A stretch of DNA of 40,672 bases. It comes from Roseinatronobacter sp. (GTDB lineage Bacteria > Pseudomonadota > Alphaproteobacteria > Rhodobacterales > Rhodobacteraceae). The position numbers were made by a program, and so were the translations under genes. Shown here in pieces: positions 9,234-19,042 of this stretch. The DNA lies in the NCBI GenBank assembly GCA_022565265.1, contig JAIUNA010000001.1:1-40672 (forward strand), in the 5' to 3' direction. Each line of letters starts with the position of its first letter. Within the stretch, counting starts at the first letter, position 1. Under the pieces are notes generated by a model, which saw only the letters and a program-made list of their open reading frames with translations, searched no databases and was not told the DNA's origin.

Positions 9234-11621
9234 ATGACACAGCCTCGCGCCAATGCCTTGCCTGATTTGTTGAAAGGCTATGCCCTTCATGCCGGGGTAT
9301 CGGATGAATTATTCGATACACGCGGCGCCATGCGCCCTGTCTGGCATAGTTTCATTGATCCGCTTGCGCGCATGCCTGTGGCCGAGGTCGAGGCGCGGTT
9401 TGCGCGCGGCGATCAATATTTGCGCGATGCTGGAGTGTATTTCCGTCATTACTCGGAAGGCCCGGCACAAGAGCGCGCCTGGCCGCTCAGCCATATCCCG
9501 GTTCTGATTGCAGAGGCTGAATGGGCGCATATCTGCGATGGTCTTGCCCAACGCGCCGATCTGCTGGAGCAGGTACTTGCCGATCTGTACGGGCCTGCGC
9601 GTCTGGTGGCGCAAGGCCATCTGCCTGCCGAACTGGTGGCAGGCAATCCCCATTGGCGCCATCCGATGGTGGGAATGACCCCGAAATCGGGTTACTGGCT
9701 GCACCATCTGGCCTTTGAAATCGGGCGCTCGCCCGATGGGTCTTTTTTCGTGTTGGGGGATCGCACCGAAGCCCCCTCTGGCGCAGGTTTCGCGCTGGAA
9801 AACCGCATGGCCGCCACACGCATTTTCACAGAGCCATTCCCCCGCGCCCATGTGCGCCGATTGGCAGGGTTTTTTCGCCGCTTCCGCGCCGCACTGGAAG
9901 ATATGGCAGGGCCGGGACGCGACATGGCCATTCTCACGCCGGGGCCGAATAACGATACCTATTACGAACATACCTATATCGCGCGCTATCTGGGCCTGAT
10001 GCTGCTGGAGGGCGAGGATATGATCGTGGAAAACGGTCAGGCCATGGTACGCACAGTGCAGGGCTTGCAGCCGCTGGGGCTGCTCTGGCGGCGGTTGGAC
10101 GATGATTTCGTCGATCCTCTGGAACTGAACGAACACTCTGCGCTTGGCACGCCGGGGCTGTTGGGGGCCTTGCGCCAAAAGGGCTTGTCCATGATCAATG
10201 CGCCCGGTTCTGCCGTGCTGGAGACCCGCGCCTTCATGGCGTTTTATCCGCGCATGGCCAAGGTGCTGCTGGGCGAGGCTTTGAAATTGCCCAATATCGC
10301 CACATGGTGGTGCGGGCAGGCGCGCGAACGCGCGCTTGTGCAGGCCAATGCACGCCAGATGATAATCGGCGGCGCGCTGGAAACCGGCCTGCCCTTTGCG
10401 ATTGGCGCAGATGCCGCCTTGGGCGGAGAGTTTCGCGGTGCAGCCCCTGCCCCTCTGGAAGACTGGATCGCCGCGCGCGGGGGCGCACTTGTCGCGCAAG
10501 AGGCCGTGACACTCTCCACCACGCCCGCATGGGAAGCGGGGCGGCTGGTTCCCCGCCCCATGACAATCCGTGTTTTTGCCGCGCGCAGCAAGGATGGCTG
10601 GGTCTTCATGCCCGGCGGCTATGCGCGCATTGGCAAGACCCAAGACCCAACCGCACTGGCTATGCAAGCGGGCGGGTCGGTTGCGGATGTCTGGGTCATG
10701 GCCGACCGCCCTGTGCCTGCAGATACGCTGGTGGCCAGCACAAGTTTCGAGCGTGTGCCAGCAGGCATTCTGCCCGCGCGCGCGGCGGATAACCTCTATT
10801 GGCTGGGCCGCTATGTGGAACGTACGGAAAGCGCGATCCGGCTGTTGCGCGCCTATCATCTGCGACTGGCGGAAACCGGCGATCCGCAAGACCCCACGCT
10901 TGTGGCGCTGGCAAGCTATCTGGCCGGGCTGGATTTGGGCATAGCGCGGCCTGTCCCTGATGCGCTGCCTGCACTCATCGATGCCGCGCGCAGTGCCGCG
11001 GCAAAGGTGCGCGACCGTTTCTCGCCCGATGGATGGCAGGCACTCAATGACATGGCCAAAACCGCGCGCCGCTTCACCACGCAGGTAGAGGCCGGGGATG
11101 ATGCCGCGCGTGCCATGTCGGTTTTGCTGCGGAAGCTATCCGGCTTTTCCGGGCTGGTGCATGAGAATATGTATCACTTTCTGGGTTGGCGCTTTTTGTC
11201 ACTGGGCCGCGCGCAAGAACGCGCCGATACCATGCTGATGCAACTTTTGGCCTTTGCTGCCCCCGATGCCGTGGCAGGCAGCCATGAAATTGCGATAGAG
11301 CTGGGCGATTGCATCATGACGCATCAACGCCGCTACCGCTTTGGCCCGTCGCGCGAGACAGTGCTTGATCTGCTGGCGCTGGATGCCGACAATCCGCGCG
11401 CGGTGCTGTATCAGCTGGCCGAAATGCGCACCCATCTTGCCGCCCTGCCCCGCCCACAGGAGGCTGGCGCGCGTATGAGCGACGTGGAAAAGCTGCTGCT
11501 GGAACTGGACACAGAATTGCGCGTGGCAACCCCGGAGAGTGTGTCCCCCAGTTGGCTGGCCGGGTTTCGCGCGCGGCTTGCGCGGGTGTTTGACCTGCTC
11601 TCGGCGCAATATTTCAGGTGA
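9234..11621 (+). CDS. Circularly permuted type 2 ATP-grasp protein fused to alpha-E domain (DUF403)
   Basis: APSGAGFALENR, LLEGED, VDPLEL, LPNIATWWCG, MPGGYAR; alpha-E ER motifs LYWLGRYVER and LGRAQERAD. Confidence 0.92.
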   Translation: MTQPRANALPDLLKGYALHAGVSDELFDTRGAMRPVWHSFIDPLARMPVAEVEARFARGDQYLRDAGVYFRHYSEGPAQERAWPLSHIPVLIAEAEWAHICDGLAQRADLLEQVLADLYGPARLVAQGHLPAELVAGNPHWRHPMVGMTPKSGYWLHHLAFEIGRSPDGSFFVLGDRTEAPSGAGFALENRMAATRIFTEPFPRAHVRRLAGFFRRFRAALEDMAGPGRDMAILTPGPNNDTYYEHTYIARYLGLMLLEGEDMIVENGQAMVRTVQGLQPLGLLWRRLDDDFVDPLELNEHSALGTPGLLGALRQKGLSMINAPGSAVLETRAFMAFYPRMAKVLLGEALKLPNIATWWCGQARERALVQANARQMIIGGALETGLPFAIGADAALGGEFRGAAPAPLEDWIAARGGALVAQEAVTLSTTPAWEAGRLVPRPMTIRVFAARSKDGWVFMPGGYARIGKTQDPTALAMQAGGSVADVWVMADRPVPADTLVASTSFERVPAGILPARAADNLYWLGRYVERTESAIRLLRAYHLRLAETGDPQDPTLVALASYLAGLDLGIARPVPDALPALIDAARSAAAKVRDRFSPDGWQALNDMAKTARRFTTQVEAGDDAARAMSVLLRKLSGFSGLVHENMYHFLGWRFLSLGRAQERADTMLMQLLAFAAPDAVAGSHEIAIELGDCIMTHQRRYRFGPSRETVLDLLALDADNPRAVLYQLAEMRTHLAALPRPQEAGARMSDVEKLLLELDTELRVATPESVSPSWLAGFRARLARVFDLLSAQYFR

Positions 11622-11624
11622 TCC

Positions 11625-12539
11625 ATGCGCTATGACATTCGCCTGACGCTAGACCACAGCTACCCCGCCGCATCGGATCATGCGCGCAACCTGCTGCGGC
11701 TTTTGCCTTCTGACGGGCCGAACCAGCGTATTTTGCGCAGGCTTCTCACCATTGTCCCCCACCCGAACGAGCGCCGCGACTGGCAGGATTATTTTGGCAA
11801 TGTCACCACTCTTGTCGCATGGCATATACCCGTCTGTGCAATCCGTTTCGAGGTATCGGTACAGGCCGAACGCTGGGCGGGCAGTGCGATGGATATCTCC
11901 ACCCCCCTGAGGGCGCTGGGGCCGGAAATCGTGGCGGCGGGCCTCTCGTCATCTGCGCCGCTACATTACAGGCCCCCTTCGCCCCGGATTGGCCCTTCTG
12001 CTGCCATTGCCCGTTTCGCCCAAGCGCAGTGTCACCAGGCTTATTCCACCCGCGAAGCGGTAGAGGCCCTGGGCCGCGCGCTGCATGATCTTATGCGCTT
12101 TGACCCAACTGCGACCGAGGTGACAACACCGCCAGCCGAGGCCTTTGCCGCCCGGCGGGGCGTGTGTCAGGATTACGCGCAGATCATGATCTGCGGTTTG
12201 CGGGCGGTTGGCATACCCGCGGGCTATGTGTCGGGCTTTATCCGCACCACGCCACCTCCGGGCCAAAAGCGCCTGGAAGGTGTAGATGCCATGCATGGTT
12301 GGGTCATGGCATGGTGCGGGGCCACGCAAGGCTGGTTGGAATATGATCCGACCAATGCCCAATGGGCGGGTGAGGATTATATCACCACTGCGATCGGGCG
12401 AGACTACGCTGATGCCGCGCCGGTGCGCGGTGCCGTGCGCACTGCCGGGGGGCAACAAACAAAACATGCGGTGGATATGATCCCCCTCCAGGCGGCGTAT
12501 CCCGCGTTTTCCGGGCCTGAGATTTCGCCCCTAGGTTGA
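11625..12539 (+). CDS. Transglutaminase family protein
   Basis: Bacterial transglutaminase N-terminal domain plus GVCQDYAQ, AMHGWV, YDPTN and GRDYAD. Confidence 0.93.
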   Translation: MRYDIRLTLDHSYPAASDHARNLLRLLPSDGPNQRILRRLLTIVPHPNERRDWQDYFGNVTTLVAWHIPVCAIRFEVSVQAERWAGSAMDISTPLRALGPEIVAAGLSSSAPLHYRPPSPRIGPSAAIARFAQAQCHQAYSTREAVEALGRALHDLMRFDPTATEVTTPPAEAFAARRGVCQDYAQIMICGLRAVGIPAGYVSGFIRTTPPPGQKRLEGVDAMHGWVMAWCGATQGWLEYDPTNAQWAGEDYITTAIGRDYADAAPVRGAVRTAGGQQTKHAVDMIPLQAAYPAFSGPEISPLG

Positions 12540-12808
12540 ATTACGCGAAGCATTTTAAGCATATTCTCCACGCGCCTGCGCTGCGACAGGCATGCCATCC
12601 GCGCGCATGCCGATATTTGCCCGGAAAACCAAGCTGCAAAGCCTTTATGCGCCCTTGCCGCACATAGAGATAATGACAGGCATTCGCGCCAGCCAAGCCC
12701 GAACGGAAGATCACCCCAGTATCAGCTCTAAAACAACCGCATGACCAGACGTTAAGCAACATACAGCGCGCGCACCCCCTCGCCCCAAGGCCACCGAATG
12801 GAGCAGAC

Positions 12809-13120
12809 ATGACCCCATCTTCCCTATGCCTGACAGGGACAGTCCGACACTCAGATACTGACACGTTACGCAACCAAAGCCTCGCCTGCCTGGAGAAAGG
12901 GGGGCTATGCCTGCTGGATGACGGGCTTACCGAAATCGAAAGCGGGCCGCTTCAGGTGCTGCTTTGCGCCGCCGCAGAGGCCCGCAACCGCGCTTTGCCC
13001 TGCGAACTGGACGCAAGCGCAACCCAAGTTTTTAACAGTGCTCTTGGCAAGCTGCATCTGGCAGATGCCCAAAGCTTTTTCACGATCATTTCAGACAGAC
13101 AGGCCCCAGTTTCACAATGA
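12809..13120 (+). CDS. STAS domain protein (chemotaxis operon leader)
   Basis: 103 aa; LTEIESGPLQVLLCA resembles the STAS D-S-x-x-LQLL motif; GGAG RBS; ATGA-coupled to cheY. Confidence 0.7.
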   Translation: MTPSSLCLTGTVRHSDTDTLRNQSLACLEKGGLCLLDDGLTEIESGPLQVLLCAAAEARNRALPCELDASATQVFNSALGKLHLADAQSFFTIISDRQAPVSQ

Positions 13121-13485
13121 GCAAAACCATTCTGACAGTCGATGACAGCCCTTCCATCCGAAATGTCGTGCGCATGACGTTGCAAGAGGCTGGGTACACG
13201 GTGATCGAAGGCTTTGACGGCCAGGACGGGCTGGAAAAAGCAACCGCCAATCATGTGGATGCAATTATCGTGGATCAGAACATGCCACGCCTCGATGGGA
13301 TTGGCATGATCCGTGCATTACGACAGCATCCCAATGGCCAAGGAGTGCCGATTGTCGTGCTGTCCACGGAATCTGAAGACAACCTGAAGCAACAGGCCCG
13401 TGACGCCGGCGCACTTGGATGGATGGTTAAACCATTCACGCAAGACAAGCTTCTGGCCGTAATTCGCAAGGTGGTAGGCGCATGA
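13117..13485 (+). CDS. cheY: Chemotaxis response regulator CheY
   Basis: Single receiver domain: VDDS, IVDQNMP, LSTE, VKPF; immediately upstream of cheA. Confidence 0.93.
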   Translation: MSKTILTVDDSPSIRNVVRMTLQEAGYTVIEGFDGQDGLEKATANHVDAIIVDQNMPRLDGIGMIRALRQHPNGQGVPIVVLSTESEDNLKQQARDAGALGWMVKPFTQDKLLAVIRKVVGA

Positions 13486-15515
13486 CAGATGATCTCGCAG
13501 CAGTATTTCACGAAGAGCTTTCGGAACTTGTCGAAAGCCTCGAACGCGCCTTGCTGGATCTCAAGTCACAGCCAGAGGATCTTGGCCTGATCAACCAGGT
13601 CTTCCGCGATCTGCATACCATCAAGGGCAGCGGTGCGATGTTCGGGTATACCACGCTTGCGGGGTTCATCCATGATTTTGAAACTGCTTTTGACAAAGTG
13701 CGCAGCGGCGCACAAAGCGTCACGCCCGAATTGATCCGCTTATGTCTTGCCGCGCGCGACCTGATCCCCGCGCTACTGGACGATGAACCCGACCCCCAGG
13801 ATCAGCGCGGAGAAATCTTGTCGGCGCTGCGCGCTGAGACCAGTGGCGCATTGCCCGATGCGCTGCCGGCCGCCCCTCTCGACGCTGGGCCAACACCTGC
13901 GCGGCTCTCCTTCCATCTGAAAGGCAAGGCCCTCGCACTGGGTGCGCGGCCCGATCTGGTGCTGAAAGAACTTATAACCCTCGGCGCAACAGAAATCGTT
14001 GCGGATATCTCCGCCCTCCCCGCGCTTGCGGATATGGACGCGGATATGTGCTATATGGCCTGGACTATGTCCCTTCCGGCCTCTGTTACCGAAGATGACC
14101 TGGAAGATGTGTTCTTCTTCGTGGATGCAGATTGGCAGTTGCACCGCGCCCCCCCCATAGCCGCACCCGCCCCGCAGGTGGTGGCGGATATCAGCCAAAG
14201 CGCGGCCCAAGCCCCCGCGCAACCCGCAGCCAGCCCGGCCCCACAGCCCAAAACAATCCCATCCGCACCCGGGGCTGAGGCCGAGGGCACCGGGCGCAAT
14301 TCCGCGCCTCCGAAAGAGAACGCAAGTTCGGGCGAGGGCATGGCAACCGTTCGTGTGCCAGCCGCGCGGCTGGATACGCTCATGGATACAGTGGGAGAAC
14401 TTGTCACAGTTGAAGCGCGGCTGACCGATCTGGCCCGCGCAAGCGGCGACCCTGCCCTTGTCTCGACAGCGGAATTGATCGCCCAGCTTGCCACGCAATT
14501 GCGCGATGCGACGATCGTGATGCGCATGGTTCCGCTGCGCAGCATCATCGCCCGCTTCCGCCGCCTTATTCTCAACCTGTCCGAGACATTGGGCAAACCA
14601 GTGGATTTTGTCGTCATCGGAGAAGAAACCGAATTGGACAAAACCATGATCGAGAAACTGGCCGATCCTCTGGTGCATATCCTGCGCAACGCAATTGACC
14701 ACGGAATGGAAACTGCGGAAGAGCGGCAGAAAACCCCCAAATCCACCACCGGCCGGATAGAGCTTTCAGCAATCCACGCGGGGGGCGAGGTATTGATCCG
14801 GGTACGCGATGACGGGCGCGGCATGAGTCCGGATCGCATTCGCGCCAAGGCAGTCGAGCGCGGTTTGATCGCGCCCGATGCGCAACTGACTGATGGCCAG
14901 ATATTCTCGATGATCTTCGAACCGGGGTTTTCCACCGCAGATGTGGTGACAGAACTTTCAGGGCGTGGTGTTGGAATGGATGTGGTGCGCAGAACAATCG
15001 AAACATTGCGTGGCACGATCGATGTCGAGTCTCGCCTTGGCATTGGCACCACCGTCACCATGCGCCTGCCCCTGACATTGGCAATCATCGACGGCCTGAT
15101 GATCAAGGTGGGAGAGGAAACATATACCCTGCCCCTCTCAGCGGTCAAAGAAATCATAGAATTGCCCAAAGACAAGGTAATCGCCAGCGAGACTGATGAT
15201 TTTCTGGATATTCGCGGAAAATTCGTTCCCTTCCTGCGCTTGCGCAACCTGTTGAGCTGCTCTGCGCCAGAGCCAGACAGCCAGAATGTGGTGATTGTCG
15301 AGGCTGGGGATGGCTGTGTGGGCTTGGTTGTGGATCGCATCATCGGAACCAGCCAGACCGTGATCAAACAAATGTCAAAACTGCATGCCGGCGCACGTGC
15401 GATTTCAGGGGCAACCATCCTGAGCGATGGCAGCGTGGCACTTATCATCGATGTGCAACATCTGGTTAGCGCAGCCAGCCCTCATCCAAAATTGGCACGG
15501 GAGTTGGCCGCATGA
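13482..15515 (+). CDS. cheA: Chemotaxis histidine kinase CheA
   Basis: Hpt FRDLHTIKG, HILRNAIDHG, DDGRG, GFST...SGRGVGMDVV, C-terminal CheW-like domain. Confidence 0.97.
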   Translation: MTDDLAAVFHEELSELVESLERALLDLKSQPEDLGLINQVFRDLHTIKGSGAMFGYTTLAGFIHDFETAFDKVRSGAQSVTPELIRLCLAARDLIPALLDDEPDPQDQRGEILSALRAETSGALPDALPAAPLDAGPTPARLSFHLKGKALALGARPDLVLKELITLGATEIVADISALPALADMDADMCYMAWTMSLPASVTEDDLEDVFFFVDADWQLHRAPPIAAPAPQVVADISQSAAQAPAQPAASPAPQPKTIPSAPGAEAEGTGRNSAPPKENASSGEGMATVRVPAARLDTLMDTVGELVTVEARLTDLARASGDPALVSTAELIAQLATQLRDATIVMRMVPLRSIIARFRRLILNLSETLGKPVDFVVIGEETELDKTMIEKLADPLVHILRNAIDHGMETAEERQKTPKSTTGRIELSAIHAGGEVLIRVRDDGRGMSPDRIRAKAVERGLIAPDAQLTDGQIFSMIFEPGFSTADVVTELSGRGVGMDVVRRTIETLRGTIDVESRLGIGTTVTMRLPLTLAIIDGLMIKVGEETYTLPLSAVKEIIELPKDKVIASETDDFLDIRGKFVPFLRLRNLLSCSAPEPDSQNVVIVEAGDGCVGLVVDRIIGTSQTVIKQMSKLHAGARAISGATILSDGSVALIIDVQHLVSAASPHPKLARELAA

Positions 15516-15994
15516 GCATTCAGTACAATCAATCGGCACTACTGCATGTGCTTACCTTCTCCCTGGGGCAACAGAAGCTTGCAATCCCCGCGATCAATCT
15601 GCGCGAAATCCTTGATCCAATGCCCTGCACACGTGTTCCTGGTGCGGGTTCTGTAGTTCCTTGGGTGCTCAATGTTCGCGGCTCTGTCGTGCCTCTGGCT
15701 GAATTGCGCCTGCCATTGGGCATTCGCCATCCCCATGAAGCACAAAGTGAAACCCGCCGTTTCGTGGTGCTGGAGGTTGAGGTCGGTGAAGACTTGGTCA
15801 CCGTTGCCATCGTCGCGGATATTGTCCATGCCGTAACCACAATTCCAAGCGCGGAAATCGAACCCCTTCCCGCAGCAAGCCAGTTTCCCGCAGAATTCAT
15901 CAGCGGCATCTGGCGCGGCCATGCAGAATTTTATCTGCTGCCCGATCTGGCCGCAATTTTCACAACACTTGCCAAACGCAGCAAAGCTGCCTGA
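15512..15994 (+). CDS. cheW: Chemotaxis coupling protein CheW
   Basis: LTFSLG, REIL..TRVPG, LNVRGSVVP, IVADIV. Confidence 0.9.
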   Translation: MSIQYNQSALLHVLTFSLGQQKLAIPAINLREILDPMPCTRVPGAGSVVPWVLNVRGSVVPLAELRLPLGIRHPHEAQSETRRFVVLEVEVGEDLVTVAIVADIVHAVTTIPSAEIEPLPAASQFPAEFISGIWRGHAEFYLLPDLAAIFTTLAKRSKAA

Positions 15995-16009
15995 CCAATA
16001 GGATATTTC

Positions 16010-17683
16010 ATGAAACTCAGCATCAAACTCAAACTTGCAATGACATTTGCTTTTGTTTTTCTGCTATTCGGCGCATCGGTTCTCACCTCGCTGAACGAAT
16101 TGCGAAGCGCGAATACACAATTTGCAGAGTTGACCATCGAAATTGACAAACTTGAAGTCGCAGACAGGCTGACAATCGACATTCTGGGAACACGCGCGGC
16201 CATGGCAGGCTTGCTGATAGAAATGGATAACGCTCCCGCTACGCTCAATGCGGAACTGAAAGGCAGTCTCGAAAATTATATTTCAAAGATCAACATTGAT
16301 ATTGCGGAAATGCGCGAACTGACAAGCGATGCCGCCATCGTAACCGAATTGGATACTCTGGCGAGGATGAACGCGGATGCGCAACGGCAAATCACAACAA
16401 TGCTGAATATTTTCGACAGCAATCTAAAATCTGCCGCAAACACGATGTTTCATAATCAGATGCGGGACTCGACACGCGAAATGATTGCGGTCATCGATCA
16501 TATTCGCAGTGTCATTGCTGTATCGATTGAGGGTCGCGAAAACACTGTCCGGCAATCCTATGAGGCCTCGAAAACTAAACTCTGGATCATGTTCGCGGCC
16601 TCTGTTCTGGTTGGCTCTGCCGCTGCAGGCACAGTGACCTTGTCAATCTCACGCCGCGTGGCAAAGACTGCGGAACTGGCGCGTGCAATGTCCAAAGGGG
16701 ATCTGACAAAGACTCTGGAGTTACGCGGCGGTGATGAAATCGGTCAGCTACAGATCGCCATAAACGAAATGGTCAGTCGCCTGCGCGAGATTGTCACTGC
16801 GGTTACAGAATCGGCTCAAAACGTGGCCTCTGGCGCATCGGAAATGGCAGCAACATCGGAAGAACTGGCACGCGGCGCAACCGATCTTGCCTCGGCCACA
16901 GAGGAAGCCTCTGCCTCGGTGGAAGAAATGACCGCCAATATCACACAAAGCGCCGAAAATGCCCAAACCACCGAAGGCATTGCGGCCAAATCCGCACAGG
17001 ATGCGCTGACAAGCGGCCGCGCGGTTGCCGATGCTGTCACCGCGATGCAAACCATCGCCGACCGGATCATGATCGTGCAGGAAATCGCACGTCAAACCGA
17101 TCTTCTCGCGCTCAACGCGGCCGTTGAAGCGGCACGCGCCGGCGAACATGGGCGGGGCTTCGCAGTGGTCGCTGCCGAAGTGCGCAAACTGGCGGAACGC
17201 AGCCAGACAGCTTCTGCCGAAATCTCATCGCTTTCGGCCTCAACCCTGCGCACGGCCACCAGTGCCGGCACAATGTTGGAAGATCTGGTTCCCAATATCG
17301 AGCGCACATCGGAACTGGTTACGGATATCACCCTCGCCTCGCGTGAACTCGCAACAGGATCGACACAGATTTCGCTGTCTGTGCAGCAATTGGATCGCGT
17401 CACACAGGCAAACACAGCAGCCTCGGAAGAATTGTCTTCCACGGCGGTAGAACTGTCGAGCCTGGCCGCAAACCTGCAGGAAACCGTCAGTTTCTTCAAG
17501 GTAGAAACCAGCGCAAGTGATGCTCCGGCGATCGCGCGTCATGCCCCAGCCAAGGACGCAAAACCCGTCAAGACAGCAGCCTCTCGCACAAGGCCCGCGG
17601 AGGAATCTGGTGGGTTCGACTTTGATATGGACACAGCAGAAGACGAGGCAGACAGCCGCTTCAAACGTCGCGAAGTCGCCTGA
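16010..17683 (+). CDS. Methyl-accepting chemotaxis protein (TM, four-helix-bundle sensor, TM, HAMP, signalling domain)
   Basis: Two hydrophobic segments, HAMP (GDLT...DEIGQL) and [37 protein letters not shown]. Confidence 0.96.
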   Translation: MKLSIKLKLAMTFAFVFLLFGASVLTSLNELRSANTQFAELTIEIDKLEVADRLTIDILGTRAAMAGLLIEMDNAPATLNAELKGSLENYISKINIDIAEMRELTSDAAIVTELDTLARMNADAQRQITTMLNIFDSNLKSAANTMFHNQMRDSTREMIAVIDHIRSVIAVSIEGRENTVRQSYEASKTKLWIMFAASVLVGSAAAGTVTLSISRRVAKTAELARAMSKGDLTKTLELRGGDEIGQLQIAINEMVSRLREIVTAVTESAQNVASGASEMAATSEELARGATDLASATEEASASVEEMTANITQSAENAQTTEGIAAKSAQDALTSGRAVADAVTAMQTIADRIMIVQEIARQTDLLALNAAVEAARAGEHGRGFAVVAAEVRKLAERSQTASAEISSLSASTLRTATSAGTMLEDLVPNIERTSELVTDITLASRELATGSTQISLSVQQLDRVTQANTAASEELSSTAVELSSLAANLQETVSFFKVETSASDAPAIARHAPAKDAKPVKTAASRTRPAEESGGFDFDMDTAEDEADSRFKRREVA

Positions 17684-17697
17684 GAAAGGGATCGGAA

Positions 17698-18192
17698 ATG
17701 AACCGCTGCGATGATTTCGTGACGCTGGAACTTGACGAGGTTCTTTACGGGATACCTGTTGAAAGGGTTCAGGAAATTCTGGATGTCTGCAAGGTTTCGC
17801 TGATGCCAAATGCACCCGATTACATGCTGGGTGTCATTGATCTGCGCGGTGAGAATGTGCCGATTGTCGATCTGCGCATTCTGATGGGCCTGGCGCCCAA
17901 GGCGGATACAGCCCAGACACGTTTCATCGTGGTGCAATTACAAAGCGGTGTGGCCGATTCCGTGATTGGCGTGCGCACCGACCGTGTGATTGACGTTGCA
18001 CAACTGGACGCGGGCGCGCTTCAGCCCCTCTCAGAGGGACAGAAGCTCGCCTGGGACGGGCTGTCCGTACTTGGGATTGGGCGGCGCAACGGAGCCTTGA
18101 TCAGCGTGATAGATCTTGAAGGGCTGTTCGCGCGCAAACTGAATATCGCCCAACGCGCGCCCAATCACCCAGAACCGGAGGAAGCAGCCTGA
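17698..18192 (+). CDS. cheW: Chemotaxis coupling protein CheW (second copy)
   Basis: YGIPVERVQEI, MLGVIDLRGENVPIVDLR, TDRV. Confidence 0.93.
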   Translation: MNRCDDFVTLELDEVLYGIPVERVQEILDVCKVSLMPNAPDYMLGVIDLRGENVPIVDLRILMGLAPKADTAQTRFIVVQLQSGVADSVIGVRTDRVIDVAQLDAGALQPLSEGQKLAWDGLSVLGIGRRNGALISVIDLEGLFARKLNIAQRAPNHPEPEEAA

Positions 18193-18193
18193 A

Positions 18194-19042
18194 ATGCCTG
18201 CCACTCACTCCGCATTGACGCATGATATCCATGACAGATTCCGGGCCCCTATCCTGAAACAGAGCGGAATCAGCCTGAGCCAAGCCAAAACATCTATGAT
18301 CGAGCAGCGCTTACGCCGCAGGGTTGTTGAAAACGGGTTTTCCAAAATAGAGCACTATCTCTCTGCGCTTCTATCAGGGAAACTCGGGGCACCGGAAATG
18401 GACATGGCGGTGGATATGATCACCACCAATACGACCAGTTTTTTTCGAGAAAAACAGCATTTCGACTATCTGTCAGATGTCCTTTTGCCGAAAATGCTGG
18501 CCGAACGCCGCACGCCCCTGCCGCGCCTGAAATTCTGGAGCGCGGCAAGCTCTGAAGGTGCAGAAGCGTTTACACTCGCCATGGTTCTGGCCGAAGCGCA
18601 ACGGCATGGAAAACGCTTTGATTGGGCGATTCTGGGCACGGATCTGTCCAGTAGGATGGTCGCCAAAGCGCGCAAGGGTATCTATAACGCAGACCAGATC
18701 GACCAGATCGCGCCTGAACTGCGCCAGCGATACACCATGGTTTCCACCGCGCCAGAGCAAGCCCATCTCGCGCGGATCGTTCCCGAATTGCGCGCGAAGG
18801 TTCAATTCAAGCAAATGAACCTGATGGCCCCAAGCTACCCGGTCGATCATGGGATAGATGTTATCTTTCTAAGAAACGTGCTGATTTATTTCAGACTCGA
18901 AGACCGCCAGAAGGTGGTCGAGCACTTGATGCACCATATACGCCCCGGCGGCTATCTTTTTGTCGGGCATTCGGAAGGGATGTCGGTGCAATGCGCCGGG
19001 CTGGAACAGATCAAATCGACGATCTTGAGGAAGACGCCATGA
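18194..19042 (+). CDS. cheR: Chemotaxis methyltransferase CheR
   Basis: TTNTTSFFRE, WSAASSEGAEAF, GTDLS, IFLRNVLIYF, VGHSE. Confidence 0.96.
   Translation: MPATHSALTHDIHDRFRAPILKQSGISLSQAKTSMIEQRLRRRVVENGFSKIEHYLSALLSGKLGAPEMDMAVDMITTNTTSFFREKQHFDYLSDVLLPKMLAERRTPLPRLKFWSAASSEGAEAFTLAMVLAEAQRHGKRFDWAILGTDLSSRMVAKARKGIYNADQIDQIAPELRQRYTMVSTAPEQAHLARIVPELRAKVQFKQMNLMAPSYPVDHGIDVIFLRNVLIYFRLEDRQKVVEHLMHHIRPGGYLFVGHSEGMSVQCAGLEQIKSTILRKTP

Noticed and set aside
6359-10889. Long minus-strand ORFs of 446, 435 and 526 aa
   Set aside because: Antisense shadows expected in GC-rich coding DNA; no domain motifs.
12609-12616. GCCGATAT, a FliA-like -10 element upstream of the che operon
   Set aside because: No TAAA -35 element at the expected spacing.
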